This document shows positions 12,651 through 26,003 of a DNA stretch of 64,000 nucleotides, one piece after another. The notes beneath the pieces are model-generated. The model saw only the letters and a program-made list of their open reading frames with translations. It was not told the DNA's origin and searched no databases. A program made the translations under genes and the position numbers. Source of the DNA: Lytechinus pictus (Eukaryota); the NCBI RefSeq assembly GCF_037042905.1, contig NC_087249.1:8186001-8250000 (forward strand). The letters are read 5' to 3'. Positions within the stretch are counted from its first letter, which is position 1. Each line of letters starts with the position of its first letter.

Positions 12651-12924
12651 GTACAGCGAAAATATTCGCAAATCTTCAAGGATTTACAGAGACATGCAGT
12701 CTGACCCAGATGATGTAGCGGTCTACTGGGTTGAACACATTCTCAAATTTGGAGGGTCACACCTGAGATCCAGAGCCTTGGAGCTCAACTTCATTCAGCT
12801 TCATTCCATCGACGTCCTCGCTTTCATCGTTGGGATCGTACTCGTTGTCGTCTTCCTTCTCTTTTCATGTTGTAAACGATGTGTTTCACGATGCTTGAAA
12901 ACTAAAAAATCCAAAATGGAGTGA
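12651..12924 (+). CDS. UGT: UGT exon 5 (transmembrane helix, KxKxx ER-retrieval motif, stop)
   Basis: YWVEHILKFGGSHLRS...IDVLAFIVGIVLVVVFLLF...KKSKME*; the five exons total 1578 nt = 525 aa plus stop. Confidence 0.95.
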
Positions 12925-13797
12925 TTCTCAGTAGTCCCTGATGATGGTGAGAAAACGGTGAAAAAAGTTTAAAGTCGACGGACAAAAATGAAAACTTAGA
13001 AAACAATCGAGACACGTTTTCTTTTTTTAATTCCTGTTTTCATTTGAATTATTTTCAAATCTATTTCAAAGTCTTGAAGGGTTGATAGATCAGATTACGC
13101 TCATAATTATTGCCGTGTGTGTCCAGATCTTTTCATTCGTCTCTTCCTGCTATTTCTACCAAGAATAATAAGAAGAAAAGAGAAGAAGAAAGCAAGAAGA
13201 ATATAACGAAAAGGTAGTAGACAGAGATGAAGAATATGAAAATGAAGCGAGTTGTTATTAAATGAATCGAGATAGTATTAACAAGACCAGGGCCATATAG
13301 GGGCCTAAACTAGTACTTTTTGATTGATTCACTTGTACCACTTTCATACTGTCAGTCGAAGTGGGGTTACTCCACTTTTGAGGGCATTATGAAAATTATA
13401 GGAATTTCGATCTGGATTCAAAGCGGAGTACTTAACCCACTTCGAGAAGAGGATTACAAAACGGAGTTAGTCCGCACCGGATGTGCGGTATCGTCTATCT
13501 CGGGAGATTCCGCGCGCCACACATATTTTGGCGACTGCGGATGCGGGATACACCCAACGAATTGTGGATACACCGCTGCTGCCAGTTTGAAAAGTGGTTG
13601 TAATGTCGGTCCGCTGTACAAGCGTATCAACTCAATCCGGAGTTACTCTGGAGTAACTCCACTACTTCGCCTTCAGTTTGAAAACAGCCTTGGATGTTCG
13701 AAGATTTTGATATCTATACGTGTTGTAAAACATTCCACTTGATATTCCAACTCGAAGTAATTTTGTACAATGGAAACCTTAACAAAATGTCTCATGG

Positions 13798-14214
13798 GGT
13801 TTATTTCCAATTGGTCTAATGCCAATCCGTCTAATTACCAACTCGTCTACTATCATAATTTGGTCTATCATCCATTCGTCCAATATCCACATAGTCTAAT
13901 TTCCATTTTGTCCTTCTCACTGTTTCGTCTAATAATCAATTTGTCCAGTAGCCATTTAGTCCATATACCACTTTGGTCTAATTAGACTGACTGTTATTGG
14001 GCAAAATAAATGAAAATAAAACGGATAGACCAATTAACTGGTTATGAGACGAAATGGTCATACGAACTGGTGATTAGACGAAGTGATGATTGGACCAAAT
14101 GGTTATTGGACCCTTGTTCGACGAAATGTTGATGGACAGAATGGCATTAGACTAAATGAAAGTAGACCATGTGGTGAGTGGACGAGTTGACAGTAGACGA
14201 ATTGGCAATCTACC
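13798..14214. mobile_element. Non-autonomous GG..CC element with GTCTA/TAGAC micro-repeats
   Basis: Direct repeat TCTCATGG at 13790-13797 and 14215-14222; siblings at about 31350-31686 and 58816-59221. Confidence 0.75.
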
Positions 14215-14334
14215 TCTCATGGTTAGGGTTTATAGATTAAGATTAGTCTCGGCCGGGCACTTTTTATTCCGTTAAATGAATTTCTATTCTGGAAAAAGAG
14301 GGGGAATCAAAGTGAGTATATGTGTGCGTATGTG

Positions 14335-14613
14335 CATGGGCGGAAATCCCAGGGGGGACAGGGGGACGAGTCCCCCTTACCCAAAATAGTAGGGGGCACA
14401 ATGGAAAGAAATACATAATTCAAAATCGAAATAAAACGTATTTTGGACGAGATGACCTTATTTTTTGGGTAATAACCTTTCTTTTTCCTTTATTTTTTGC
14501 TTGTCATTTATTTTGGTCGAAATGACCTTACATTGGGGTGATAACCTTTTTTTGCTTGTCAAATTTTCCGGCCCCTGGTTCCCCCTACCTTTGGGTTGAG
14601 GTTTCCGCCCTTG
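14335..14613. mobile_element. hAT-like MITE
   Basis: CATGGGCGGAAA / TTTCCGCCCTTG; flanks CGTATGTG / CTTATGTG (7 of 8 match). Confidence 0.75.
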
Positions 14614-15210
14614 CTTATGTGGGTGTGTGTGGTGTATTTGCGGGTGTGTGTGAAGGGTTTGCGTATGAGGGGGGGGGGGGCAAATCCATCCCAAAATTTA
14701 CACAAATAAATATACCCTTTTTGTTAACTACAGATATGCAATAGTTATAATTTCCTTTCCTTAAAAATATGTTATATTAATTTTCTTAATTCAGTACTTT
14801 ATACTTATTTTCTTTCGTATTTTTTTCTCATTTTAACATTTTTTTCGAGTCCGAATATTACTGCTAGTAGAGTTAAGTAATAATCAGATAACTATATACG
14901 TATCTCATTACGTTGTCGATTGAAATATCTTCATAATCTTTGAATTAAACTTGAACTAAACATTTGATTTATATCGTCATTTTACATTTAAAAAATGTAT
15001 TTCATTCTTAAAGTCGTGTCGAATCGAAAATGCATTATACCTTAGGATATATGATTTGTAGATAGCATATACTGGGCAAATATGATCAAGAGCATGACCA
15101 AAGTAAACTTCCAAGACAAATGTTATCAAGCGTGTTTGTTCCACCGTTTCGATCAAAGTCTAAGATGTATGTACTTTAACAATCTTAAAGTGAAAAGGTA
15201 TAGGCCTATG

Positions 15211-15212
<2 letters not shown>

Positions 15213-15281
<69 letters not shown>
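15213..15281. repeat. (TA)n microsatellite
   Basis: Seen directly. Confidence 0.95.
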
Positions 15282-15284
<3 letters not shown>

Positions 15285-16271
15285 TGCGTATCCAAAAAAT
15301 TCTACACTTTGAAAAAATCCTGTAAAATTATACATTTGTAATATCCTGAAAATTTTTCCACATTTTAACATTGGTACAGATCCTTTTAAGCAAATGACGA
15401 TATAACTGTCGAAAAATATTTCCGCTTGAGTGAGCACCACTTACTATTGAAAATTTGGTGAAAAATGATTTGCGCAGAACTTTGAAATAGTTTTGTAAAT
15501 AAAAGATGACCTTAATCATGAAGAAAACGTGGAATTTAGCTAGTAAATTGATTTGAAGATATATTTTACCTTTTTAAACTTGTTTCCTTGCCCAAAAGAC
15601 TTCGAAGAGTGCATTGCGCCCCACCCCACTCCCCCACACCCCTAGGCCATCGAGACGATATTTGCTCTACACTGAGCTGTGATTTACATGAAATGGCTTA
15701 GGCTTGATTTTAATTTTGTTAATCATTGTCAAGCTTGGAAAAAGTGTGGAGAAACAAGTATTAAATGAAAAATGAAATGTAAATCCACTTTAAAATAATG
15801 ACAAAAACTCAGTGAAAAAATGCTGGAGATGTCTGATATAAACTTTTGTTCAGGTTCATTTATGTCCTCAGATCCAGCTGGAACAAAAAGGGTAAAGGTT
15901 GTGCTATCTAAATGTTTATTTCAATTTGGGTGGCAAAATTGTTACAAAATGCTTGAATGTATCCGTTTTATTTCAATTGACTAAAAGTGCAAGGGAAATG
16001 TATGAGAAATGTTTCGCAGGGTAAGTTTGATTTCGCCCTTTCCCCTTGACACAGCGTGAAAACGAGCATTTCTGCGCAAACAGATTTCTGCGAGCTTTAC
16101 ACAAATGGACAGTGCTCAATCAAGTGTAACATTCTGTCAAAACTTTTACTTTCATTGGATAGATGAGACCCAAAACCAAGATTATATGTGAAAAAATTAC
16201 TCACAATCATGTTGTATATTTTTGAATTCCCAGGGCTTTTTCAAAGTGTAAACTTTTTTTGATACGCACTA
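15282..16271. mobile_element. Tc1/mariner-type non-autonomous element in (TA)n
   Basis: CAGTGCGTATCCAAAAAATTCTACACTTTGAAAAA versus TTTTTCAAAGTGTAAACTTTTTTTGATACGCACT; TA flanks. Confidence 0.8.
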
Positions 16272-16289
16272 TATAATATATGTCTGTAC

Positions 16290-18450
16290 ATGAAGCCAGT
16301 TGGAACTGCCCTGGGTGACCCGACAGTCATGCCATTCTCATCACTGTCGGTAGATGAGGCACTTTGAAAATTCCTGCGTGACGCGACAGTTTATCATTTT
16401 TCCGACCGGGCGTCGATCTCAATAATGCGAGCGCGAAGCGCGAGCTGAATTTTTTTGGCGATTTCGACCTGCATGCAACCGACCATTTAGTGAATCACCG
16501 TCGGTATAAAAGTGCGGGTTTAATTTTAGGCGATTTAGACCTAGAACCGGGACATTCGGTCTAATCACTGTCGGTACATGATGAAAGCAACCAAACCCTA
16601 GGTCACCCGATCGACAGTAACATTAATCACTGTCGGTACATCAAGGCAGTTGGAACATAATGCCTGCGCGTAGCCCGACAATTTTTTTTCTTTTGACATG
16701 CGTCGGTCCGACAGCCCCTGCTCTTCCTTAATTTTCTCTTAAGTCTTCTTTGTATTTCCTTCTTTCTTTTTTTCTTTCATCCTTTTCCCTTCCTTCTATA
16801 TTTCACTCTTTCTCTTTTCGTCCCTTTTTGCCGACGGGCGCGCAGATATACCATCGATTGGAGGTGTCGCACCCCCACAACCCCCCCCCCCCCTTATAGC
16901 GACGTGGCTACGGCCCTGCATGGGGTGCAAATCTTGGGGAGGTGGAAATAAAGTTTGGTAGCCAGTGTCAAAATTTAGGGGGGGTGAAAAATAAATATTT
17001 TCGCTAACATTTTTTTCAATCGTGTGCTAACATTACCTGTTTTTATTCTATAGAGAGTAGTCCCAACTAAAGTCTTAAATTTTCAGTACATCTTAATTTG
17101 TTTTATTATAAACAATATTAGTTATCAAATAAGGCCAAAAATGATTATGCGAACGCGAAGCGCGAGCTGAATTTTTTTGACAGCTAATTCGAACTGGGAA
17201 TTGAACAAAGAATAAACCTATGAGCGCGAAGCGAGAGCTTAGTTTCTTTGAGATTTATATATCAAAATCACTTTAATTTTGGTAATTATGAAGGGTACGA
17301 AGGCCCTGTGGGTATTTAATTAAACAATTGATGCGAGCGCGAAGCGCGAGCTGATTTTTTTTTTTTTTACTTTGACCTGAAAAACTGGACAGTTTAAGCA
17401 TTATTTGAAAGAACAGAGTATACGAGCGTGAACAGGACTTTCTATCACTTTTGATAATAAGAAACATGTAAAAAAAAACGATTCTAGCGAGTGCAAAAGG
17501 TTGAAATTTCGGACATACTGATCCGATGGATAAATTTTTCACAATTCAGAAAATCATTTTTATTGACCTCAATAATTGAATAATGCCAGTGCAATATGAC
17601 TTTTTGTAATCTAGACCTTTCTTCACTTTTGACAATTATAAACTTGATATGATTGTGAATGAACAATTAAAGCGTGTTTTTCAGATGTAGATTTTAACGG
17701 GACATTTGATTTAATCGCTTTTGGTAATCATGAACAGGATAAATATCCAATTAAACAATTTATGTGAGCGCGAATCGCGAGCTGTAAATTTTTGATATTT
17801 TGGCATGAAAAACTGGACAGTTTAAGCACGCTTTTATGAATAAAAAAGGTATACGAGCGCGAAGCACAAGCTAATCTTCTTCATTTAGATTAAGACCTAA
17901 AAACGGAACATCAGTATTTTCTATATTTTCCTAAATAAATAATGCGAGCGTCGATCTGCTCATATATTCTGACCCGATAGGGGTCCTTTTAAGCAAATTA
18001 TAACATTTAAGAATATAAAGATCTCACTAATTAAGTAATGCTGGTGCGAAGGCCTGGCGAGATGATTTTTGGGGGCGATTTAGACCTGAAGTGGGATATT
18101 CTCAACAATATCACTGAGCAATTAGTACGATTGTAAAGATCGAGCATGTCGAGCTGAAAATAGGTGATATACAAATTTTTTTAAAAGGGGCAGTTTCAAG
18201 GTCGGACTGTTTCCTGTGATTCATGTTCATGAAGAGAATACTTATCTCACTAAATTTGCCTGTCAAATGATGCGATCGCGTAGTGCGAGCATGCAGATTA
18301 TTATTATTTGGGGGGGGGATATTAATACTTTTTTTAAAAAGCATGAAGAGAATTCGTAGCTTAAAAAAAATAATATAATCACGAGCAAAATAACTTGTGC
18401 ATATTGACTCTAAATAAAGCTCCATGTTACACTCGAGAGCAGACTATCTC
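16290..18450. repeat. Degenerate MITE-derived tandem arrays (ATCACTGTCGGTACA units; GCGAGCGCGAAGCGCGAGCTGA units)
   Basis: Recurrent motifs at 16427, 17148, 17333, 17765, 17853; poly-C/G subterminal tracts. Confidence 0.65.
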
Positions 18451-19177
18451 CCTCAGTGGCGTAATAAGCCATAAACTTTGAGGGCCAGCTAGATGTGGCG
18501 TATCGCATAAAATTTATAAAAAGTTGCAAGCGAGCAAAAAATCTCGAAATTTTCATGACAAAAATCAAATTTTGTGATAGATCTGGACACAATATTCAGA
18601 AAATAAAATCATATTTCACCATTCTCTAGCCCTTTCATTTTCTTTCCATTTCTCTTTTTTTTTTCTTAATTGGTTGTTAAAAAATTTGGGTGGCGGCAAG
18701 AGCCCCCATGCCTCTCCATCTGTATGCCAGTGAATTTTTCAAATGACCTGACTGTTTTCCCTTTGTTTTAGACTTTTCCCCTCCCGTAAGTTCATTCACT
18801 TTTTTGTTCATCCTTATCATGCTTCTGCTTTTCTCTTCTCCTTCCCTGGCGTTAATTGCGCTAAGCGATTGGCGTCCTGGGCCGGAGCAAAGCCCATACA
18901 GGCAGCAGAGGACATTAAAAAATAACAACAACATTATGAAATCACTTTCATAATATTCACAAGTTAATCTCATTAAAACAATTTTTGTTAAAAGATATAA
19001 GATCGGGCAACACGGAAAGTGTTTTTACATTTGGTTTTAGAAAGAAAAATTAGGAAATGTGAGCAAACGCAGAGAGTAAGCTTGAAAAGTTTCGCGTAAT
19101 TCTTTCAATATTTGTTGTAGTCTTTTCACAACAATAAAGTATATTCGTTAAATATTCCTTATAACATTACATTTTGA

Positions 19178-19746
19178 CCCGGGGTGGGGGGGGGGCACTT
19201 ACATTGACGAGTGGATACCATGCGCGACCAAGAAAACACGTAAAAAGGATGTCTTTTTCAAAATAGGGCACGTTACGTACGTAACGTGATAAGGGTGTCA
19301 AAACTTAACACAAAAATAATGAAAAAAGGGTATTTATTTCGCTAGGAAAGCTACGTGTTTAGGGTCACATTTGCGGGGACGATAATACAAAATTAAAATG
19401 TTGTATAAACGATGTCCTTTTTGCGTGTTTAGAGTCCGATTTGCGCGAGGTGAGGAAGGTGGGGCCGTACTAAACCAAATGGTGTGTAAATTAGGTAAAA
19501 CCGACGATCGACCGATGGACCCGTGACACAACAATAAAATATACTTGTTTAGGGGTTCATTTCAGGGAATACTTGCCAAGAGTATAGTTTTTTTCCAATA
19601 CTTGTTAAAGGTAGGGTTTCAGACGCCAATACTTGTTAAGGGGTGCATTTTCAGAACATGGAAAATACGTGTTTAGGGTGCTTTTCGAGACCCCGTGATC
19701 GCGCATGGTATCCACTCGTCAATGGAAGTGCCCCCCCCCCCCCGGG
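19178..19746. mobile_element. CCCGGG-terminated MITE, copy 1
   Basis: TIR (C/G)n-CACTTACATTGACGAGTGGATACCATGCGCGA, inverted at 19700-19746. Confidence 0.85.
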
Positions 19747-19836
19747 CAAGCCTACTGATTTCATTATTAATGAAAAAAACTTTAGTTGTCAATCAGTCAA
19801 TGAATGAATGAATCAATCAATTATCAATGGCGCGGT

Positions 19837-20386
19837 CCCGGGGGCCACTTACATTGACGAGTGGATACCATGCGCGACCAAAAAAACACGTAAAAAGGAT
19901 GTCTTTTTCAAGATAGGGCACGTTACGTACGTGATAAGGGTGTCAAAAACACAAAAATAATGAAATATGAAAAAGGGTATCTATTTCGCTAGGAAAGCTA
20001 CGTGTTTAGGGTCAAATTTCCTGGGATGATAAAACAAAATTAAAACGTTTTTTAAAGGATGTCCTTTTTGCGTGTTTAGAGTCCGATTTGCGCGAGGTGT
20101 GGAAGGTGGGGCCGTACTAAACCAAGTGGTGTGTAAAGGTAAAACCGACGAACGACGGACCCGTGACATAACAATAAAATATCGCTGTACTTGTTTAGGG
20201 GTTCATTTCAGGGAATACTTGCCAAGAGTATTGTTTTGTTTCCAATACTTGTTAAGGGTAGGGTTTCAGACGCCAATACTTGTTAAGGGGTGCATTTTTA
20301 GAATATGGAAAATACGTGTTTATGGTGCTTTTCGAGACCCCATGGTCGCGCATGGTATCCACTCGTCAATGGAAGTGGCCCCCGGG
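19837..20386. mobile_element. CCCGGG-terminated MITE, copy 2 (same orientation, about 90 bp downstream)
   Basis: Same TIR and body as 19178-19746, with indels. Confidence 0.85.
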
Positions 20387-20779
20387 GCATTTTGAAGGGT
20401 AATATTAAACAAAATCCCGACATATCATTGCCCTGGGAATTACCGCCACGATTTTTGTTCTGGATATCAGGTTTTAATGGTGAAATGTGGAATTTTTAAC
20501 CAATCCCTTTCATTTTTGTGACCCCCCCCCCCCAAAGAAAAAATGGTTGCTTGTTTTTTTTTCCTGACCAATAATCGCATGGGGAGTGAGTTTAGAAATT
20601 TTGTGTATTTTCTCTAGTCAAAACTGTTATTGCTACTCTATTTAGGTTTTAGTATTTCTAGTTCGAGTATACTCATTATTTTTATGTTATCTTCTTTTTT
20701 CTTTATTTCCCTCTTTCCTTTTTAGGGGGGGGGCGGCCCCCCTCCTGAAACTTAGAGGGGACACGCCTGAACGCCAAAC

Positions 20780-20937
20780 CCCGTACCTGGGAACACGTGC
20801 TTGCGGCCCGAGTTTGCTCGCTCGATCTCTCGATTGCGCGCGGCGCGTGATGACCCGATAGCCCCCGATTGACCCAACAAACATGGCGACCTGCTGAAGA
20901 ATACTAGTAATCCGATGTCTGCATAGACGTGCCAGTG
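20780..20937 (+). promoter_or_regulatory. Putative CpG-rich promoter and non-coding first exon, probably of RPRD2
   Basis: CpG cluster, YY1-type AACATGGCG at 20880-20888, strong donor GTG|GTAAGT at 20938; RPRD2 coding exon 1 begins with an acceptor and so needs an upstream exon. Confidence 0.5.
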
Positions 20938-21276
20938 GTAAGTTTTAGCCCGTGTTTAAGTTGATTAATTTTAATTAGTTTTCGGTTTACGTGGAAGTGC
21001 GTCTGGAATTTTTAATGATTTTTTCTGATATCTGTGCATCTGAAATGTAGTGTAGTTTTGATTAATTTTCGACCTCTGTGAGTGTGATAATATATGAATT
21101 ATGATGTGAGATTTTTTGTGTGAATCATGTGTGGGCTGCCTGCTGTGGCTGCGCTGCCGCTGCCTTACCGGGTACAACGTACAGTCACTGACCGTGGCCG
21201 TGGCTGACGACGTCGCTGTGCGCTGCGTCTTGGCCTGGGCGCGGGTCGGGTCGGGTCGGGTCGGGTCTGTATACTG

Positions 21277-23505
21277 ACATCTTTGTCCTTGGAGTTGATC
21301 GTCGAACTCAACAATGCAACCAAAAAGCCATCTTATGTCTGTTTCCTTGATGCAGAAAAGGCATTTGACACTGTGTGGCATGCTGGCCTCTTCCACAAGC
21401 TAAATTCTACCAATCTTGATCCTGAGATCCAGGCAAGAAGCTGTCCAGTCTCTGTATGATGGTGGGCCCCAAGTCTGCGCACCTAACAATTTGAGTTAAG
21501 ATTTAACATGAATTTCTTCTTATTTCACAAAATCTTTTGGTTAATAGTGTTCCTTATATTATTAAGAGTAAGTGTACCAAATTTCTCATTAAAAAATGAA
21601 AGAAAATATAAGATTTTCTTGAAAAACCTTTGGGCAGTCATTTTCAGATTGAAAAAAAAATGGTACCCCATGTCTGCGCACTCATTCACTTTGCACACGA
21701 TTCGGGGATTTTGATGACAAAGGCTGCATTGTGAGGCCGTCACATGAAATGCCCTGAATTCATTATTTTTCCACCATTTTGAGTCAGATTTTTTTATGAA
21801 TACCTGTCTATGTAATGCATGTGTAAAGTTCGTGCTCGTTGCGTATCTTCCTTTACTAGAATCGCGCAGATACGCGGGTGCGCAGACTTGGGAGACCGCG
21901 CAGACATGGGGGAACTGACCATACAAGGACCTTGAAAGCAGGGTTTTGTGGAAAGGCAAAGTTAGTGGGACAATTCCAGTCACACAAGGTGTTCGGCAAG
22001 GGGGTGTCCTCTCACCTATTATGTATACTGCCTTTATTGATGGATTAATCAAGACACTAAAGAACAAGAGATTAGGCTGCTCAATTAACAACAGGTACTC
22101 AGGAATTAGTTCTGGCCGATGACGTGGCACTAGTCAGTAACTCTGAAGTAGAGATGCATGAAGGAGATGAAGGAGATGATTCAAGTCACATCTTCATATG
22201 CTACTGAATGGAAATACCACATCAATCCATCCAAAAGTGCTTTTGTTGTTTTCACTCCTGGAAAGAAATCTATGTCAAGTATTTCCTTGGAAATGGATGG
22301 AGAAGTGATTCCTCAAGTTGAAGCATACACTCATCTTGGCATCAAGAAATCTGGAGCCCGCCTTGATCCGACTGACGATATCATCAAGAAAGGTCTACAC
22401 ACCTTCTAAAAGTTCTATGCCATGTCGGGTACAGGAGCGTACACTGGAGGTCTTATTCCATTGCTTGTTGCCAAACTCTGGCTGACATTCTGCATACCAC
22501 GAATGCTTTATGGAGGCGAAGTTTTGAAACTTACAAAGGCAATGTTCCAGAAGCTAGATAAATGTCAGTCTCATCTATTTAAGAGAATCATCGGTGTCCC
22601 ATTGACTGCACCAGATGAGATAGTTTTCCTGTTGACTGGCCTCATCCCTATCTCTCGTCAAATAGAGTTAAACAGACTCCTTCTACTGGGACATGTAATC
22701 AACCTGAGCCATGGACGTTTTGAACTCAAGACCTTTCTTCATGCCTTCGCCCTCCTCACTCCTTCTAAAAGAGCTTTGAAGGATTTACTACTTAAATACC
22801 AACTGCCTGACTTGAACTCGCTTCTTGAATCGACTCCTTCATACCAGCAATGGAAGCAAGTGGTCAAAAGTAAAGTTCATGCTGCTGTGAGAGAGCAAGT
22901 GGTCGGAGGAATCTCCCAGAAATCCTCCTTGAAGTTCTGGATGGGAAAATCAGAAATCAATGTGGAGGTACTCTATCCTCCAGGTCCTGTCCAGGATGGC
23001 TTGATACAAGCGTTAATATATAGAGCACAACTCCTTTCTGGGACATATCTAGTACAGGCAAGAAGTTGCAAGATCGGAAAGAGTACAAATTCCCTCTGTC
23101 CTCTTTGTAAGATTGAAGATGAGACACCCGATCATTTCATAGCATCTTGCATCTGTCTTTAACATATTAGAGATGATTTCATACTGAAAATCAAGGAGTT
23201 ATTACAAGATCATCGAGGTTATCTGGAGCATTTTCCTGACAAAGCAGCTGTTAACTACAATTACAATTTCACCCAAGCTGTTCTTATTGCCTATGACTCA
23301 AAGCTCCCCCTGGATATCAATGCCAAGCTATTAAAAGCGACGTTGATATATATCACAAAAATCCATAATAGCCGCTCCAATGCTCTCCTGGCCTGATGAG
23401 TCACTATCATTCAGTCTTCAAGATAATGTACATGTACGTCACATGCGGGTTGGACCCGACGATCTCCGAACCAAGCGGAGGGATGAGAACAGAGAGAGAG
23501 AGAGA
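21277..23505 (+). mobile_element. 5'-truncated, decayed non-LTR retrotransposon (RTE-X-like) with RT and C-terminal CCHC
   Basis: FLDAEKAFDTVWH, GVRQGGVLSP, LADDVAL, YTHLG, PRMLYGGEV, CPLCKIEDETPDHFIASC; stops and frameshifts; (AG)n at about 23490-23504. Confidence 0.88.
21457..21921. mobile_element. TA-targeting MITE inserted in the LINE RT
   Basis: CCCAAGTCTGCGCACC / GGTGCGCAGACTTGGG inverted; removing it and one TA restores SLYKDLES. Confidence 0.85.
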
Positions 23506-25650
23506 CTAAACGTTAATACATGTAGATCTACGTCTTAGTCTCTTGTTCTCTTGTTTTGGCGGATAAAAGCTTGATTTTTTACACTGCCAGTTTCTATTAC
23601 AGCTATTCGTCATATAACTTGACTCTACAGCAAATTGAATTCTTTAAAGTTTAAATTGTTTTTTCTATAAAATTAAAAGATAGAATTCAGACCAACTTTA
23701 CTTTCCATCAATAGAGGGCCCACACAAAAATATGCTCAAAATTAAAGATTTTGTGCGCTCTGGTGAATGAAAAAAGTGATCCCCAAGTTAATACGGGGAA
23801 TTCATAACTGTATGGAACAGTATTTTTGGTTACAAAAGTGATATTTTAAAGAATTTTTTAAATGTGTATTGTATGTTGCAACCATGGACCTATATTACAA
23901 ATGGACATTCAACGAGAGCATTTTATGGCCACCACCTGTTTCCAGCTGTAAAAATTGCTGTCACACAGTTAACTTTCTCTTTGCGCCTTTTTTACGACGA
24001 GCGCCCGGGGCGATTGTTTACTCTCGGACCATGACAGTCACCGCTCGATCTATGGCCCTCTTTCGACCAGATGCGGTCATGTAAGCTCGATTGCTGAATT
24101 TGGGAAAGTCCCTGCATTACCTATAATGCAATGCGCAATTTATTTCCAGTTTTCAATACATTATTTCACGCTGTCAATATTGTGCATTTGTTGTCTGATC
24201 ATCAGAAAAAAAATCCTATTAAATTTCGCCAATCCTCTGGAATTTTACGCCCAAATGAAAATCAATTTCTGACCGAAGGTAAGCGCGACTATTGACATCA
24301 ATACTGTCCAAAAAAAGATGCATTTTTAACGTTTTTCCGCACATTTCTCCGTCCAATTTTAACTGCTTTTTGGTGTAGATATACTGATCTGCACGATGAT
24401 GTCAATGCATTTTGTGAGCGGTTGTTAGCGATGTACGTAAAAAATATGTTTATGCACGCCTGTTTTCTTGTTTCTGCAATCATTTTTGTCTCGCCTGCAT
24501 AGCAGAGCGAGACTATAGGCGCCGCTTTTCCGACGGCGGCGGCGTCAACATCAAATCTTAACCTAAGGTTAAGTTTTTGAAATGACATCATAACTTAGAA
24601 AGTATATGGACCTAGTTCATGAAACTTAGCCATAAGGATAATCAAGTATTACTGAACATCCTACCTGAGTTTCAGGTCACATGACCAAGGTCAAAGGTCA
24701 TTTAGGGTCAATGAACTTAGACCATGTTGGGAGAATTATTTTCAAAATCTTAACCGAAGGTTAAAGGTAAATTGTGTCATTGGTTTATTTCAAAACTTTC
24801 TTTTAAATTTCACTCTTTGCTTTCCACGATATTCATAAACAAGTTCTGAGTCCATACAATGTATTGCATTGGCCAGAAAGAACTGTTTTTATTCTCAAAA
24901 AAATATATAAAGATGAGAAGATTTGCCGAGTGAGCTTTTTTTTTATTTATTTTTAAAACTAACATAAAAAATGAAGAGCGCCACCTTGAGACCAAATGAC
25001 ATCAATACCTGCTCATGAATATTCATATCTCTAGCTCTCGCCTCTGCGCGAGTCTCAATCAAGTGCCGATGGTACGGACGCATGGGCGGGTACGGAGTCT
25101 GTACACCGTGAATGCACGGGTTTCTTTCCCGGTTTCTATTGCATTTCGTAGAAAGCGTGTACATTGAAAACAAAGTCTGACGGCTTTTTCATTTGCTTCG
25201 TTGATCTGTATTGTTTCTCTATTTCTCCAGGGTACGGAGGGAGGGAGGGAGGGAGGGAGAAAGGTGCTTGTGAAAGCCAAGGGAGAGAAAGGGCTATATT
25301 CTTATTTATTATATTTTTTCTAGTTCTTTATATGTATTTTTGTTTTGTTTCCGATTCACTGAATTGTTATCATTTTCTTCAGGTTCTGTATTTTGATGTG
25401 TTCATTATTATCACGTGTAGTAATATACGTTGTAATTTCTTAATTGTTTAAATAATAGGCCTATGCTACATTTTTTTTAAAGGAAAAATTAGAAATCATT
25501 TTGTATTGAACTAGCTTGGCCGCCAATTTCGTTATTTGCTTTGTGTGTCCTATAGCTCTCCACCACTGAATTCGTCAATATACTGCCTCAACGTATTTAT
25601 CAATTAAATTGGACAAATACCGCGTGGCCTAGTGTTTTTTTTACAATATC

Positions 25651-26003
25651 CAGGGGCGGATCCAGCTTTCACTAATAAAGAGGGAGGGGGTTGAAAAATA
25701 TTTTCCCCGATCGATCCGCAGCTCAAAGCTATTTTTTTGTATCTATATAGTCGCAACAGTTACTCATAAGCCCTATAAAACATGCGAGCGCGAGGTAAAA
25801 TTTTCGGAAATCGTGTATTGTGTCCTGAAAATTGACGGATCCATGCAGCACGGGCCGGCTGTGCCCCCCCCCCCCTTCAGAGGCACAATCAATATTTCTT
25901 ATGTAAAAATATATCGATATAATCATTTTTTTTTGCTTGTCAAATTTTCCTCGGGAAAATGTGCCCCCCCCCCCCCCTTTGAAAAATCCTAGATCTGCCT
26001 CTG
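25651..26003. mobile_element. hAT-like MITE
   Basis: CAGGGGCGGATCCAG / CTAGATCTGCCTCTG; no TSD seen. Confidence 0.55.

Noticed and set aside
22158..23162. Host protein-coding gene (83-aa and 246-aa ORFs)
   Set aside because: Fragments of the interrupted LINE ORF2
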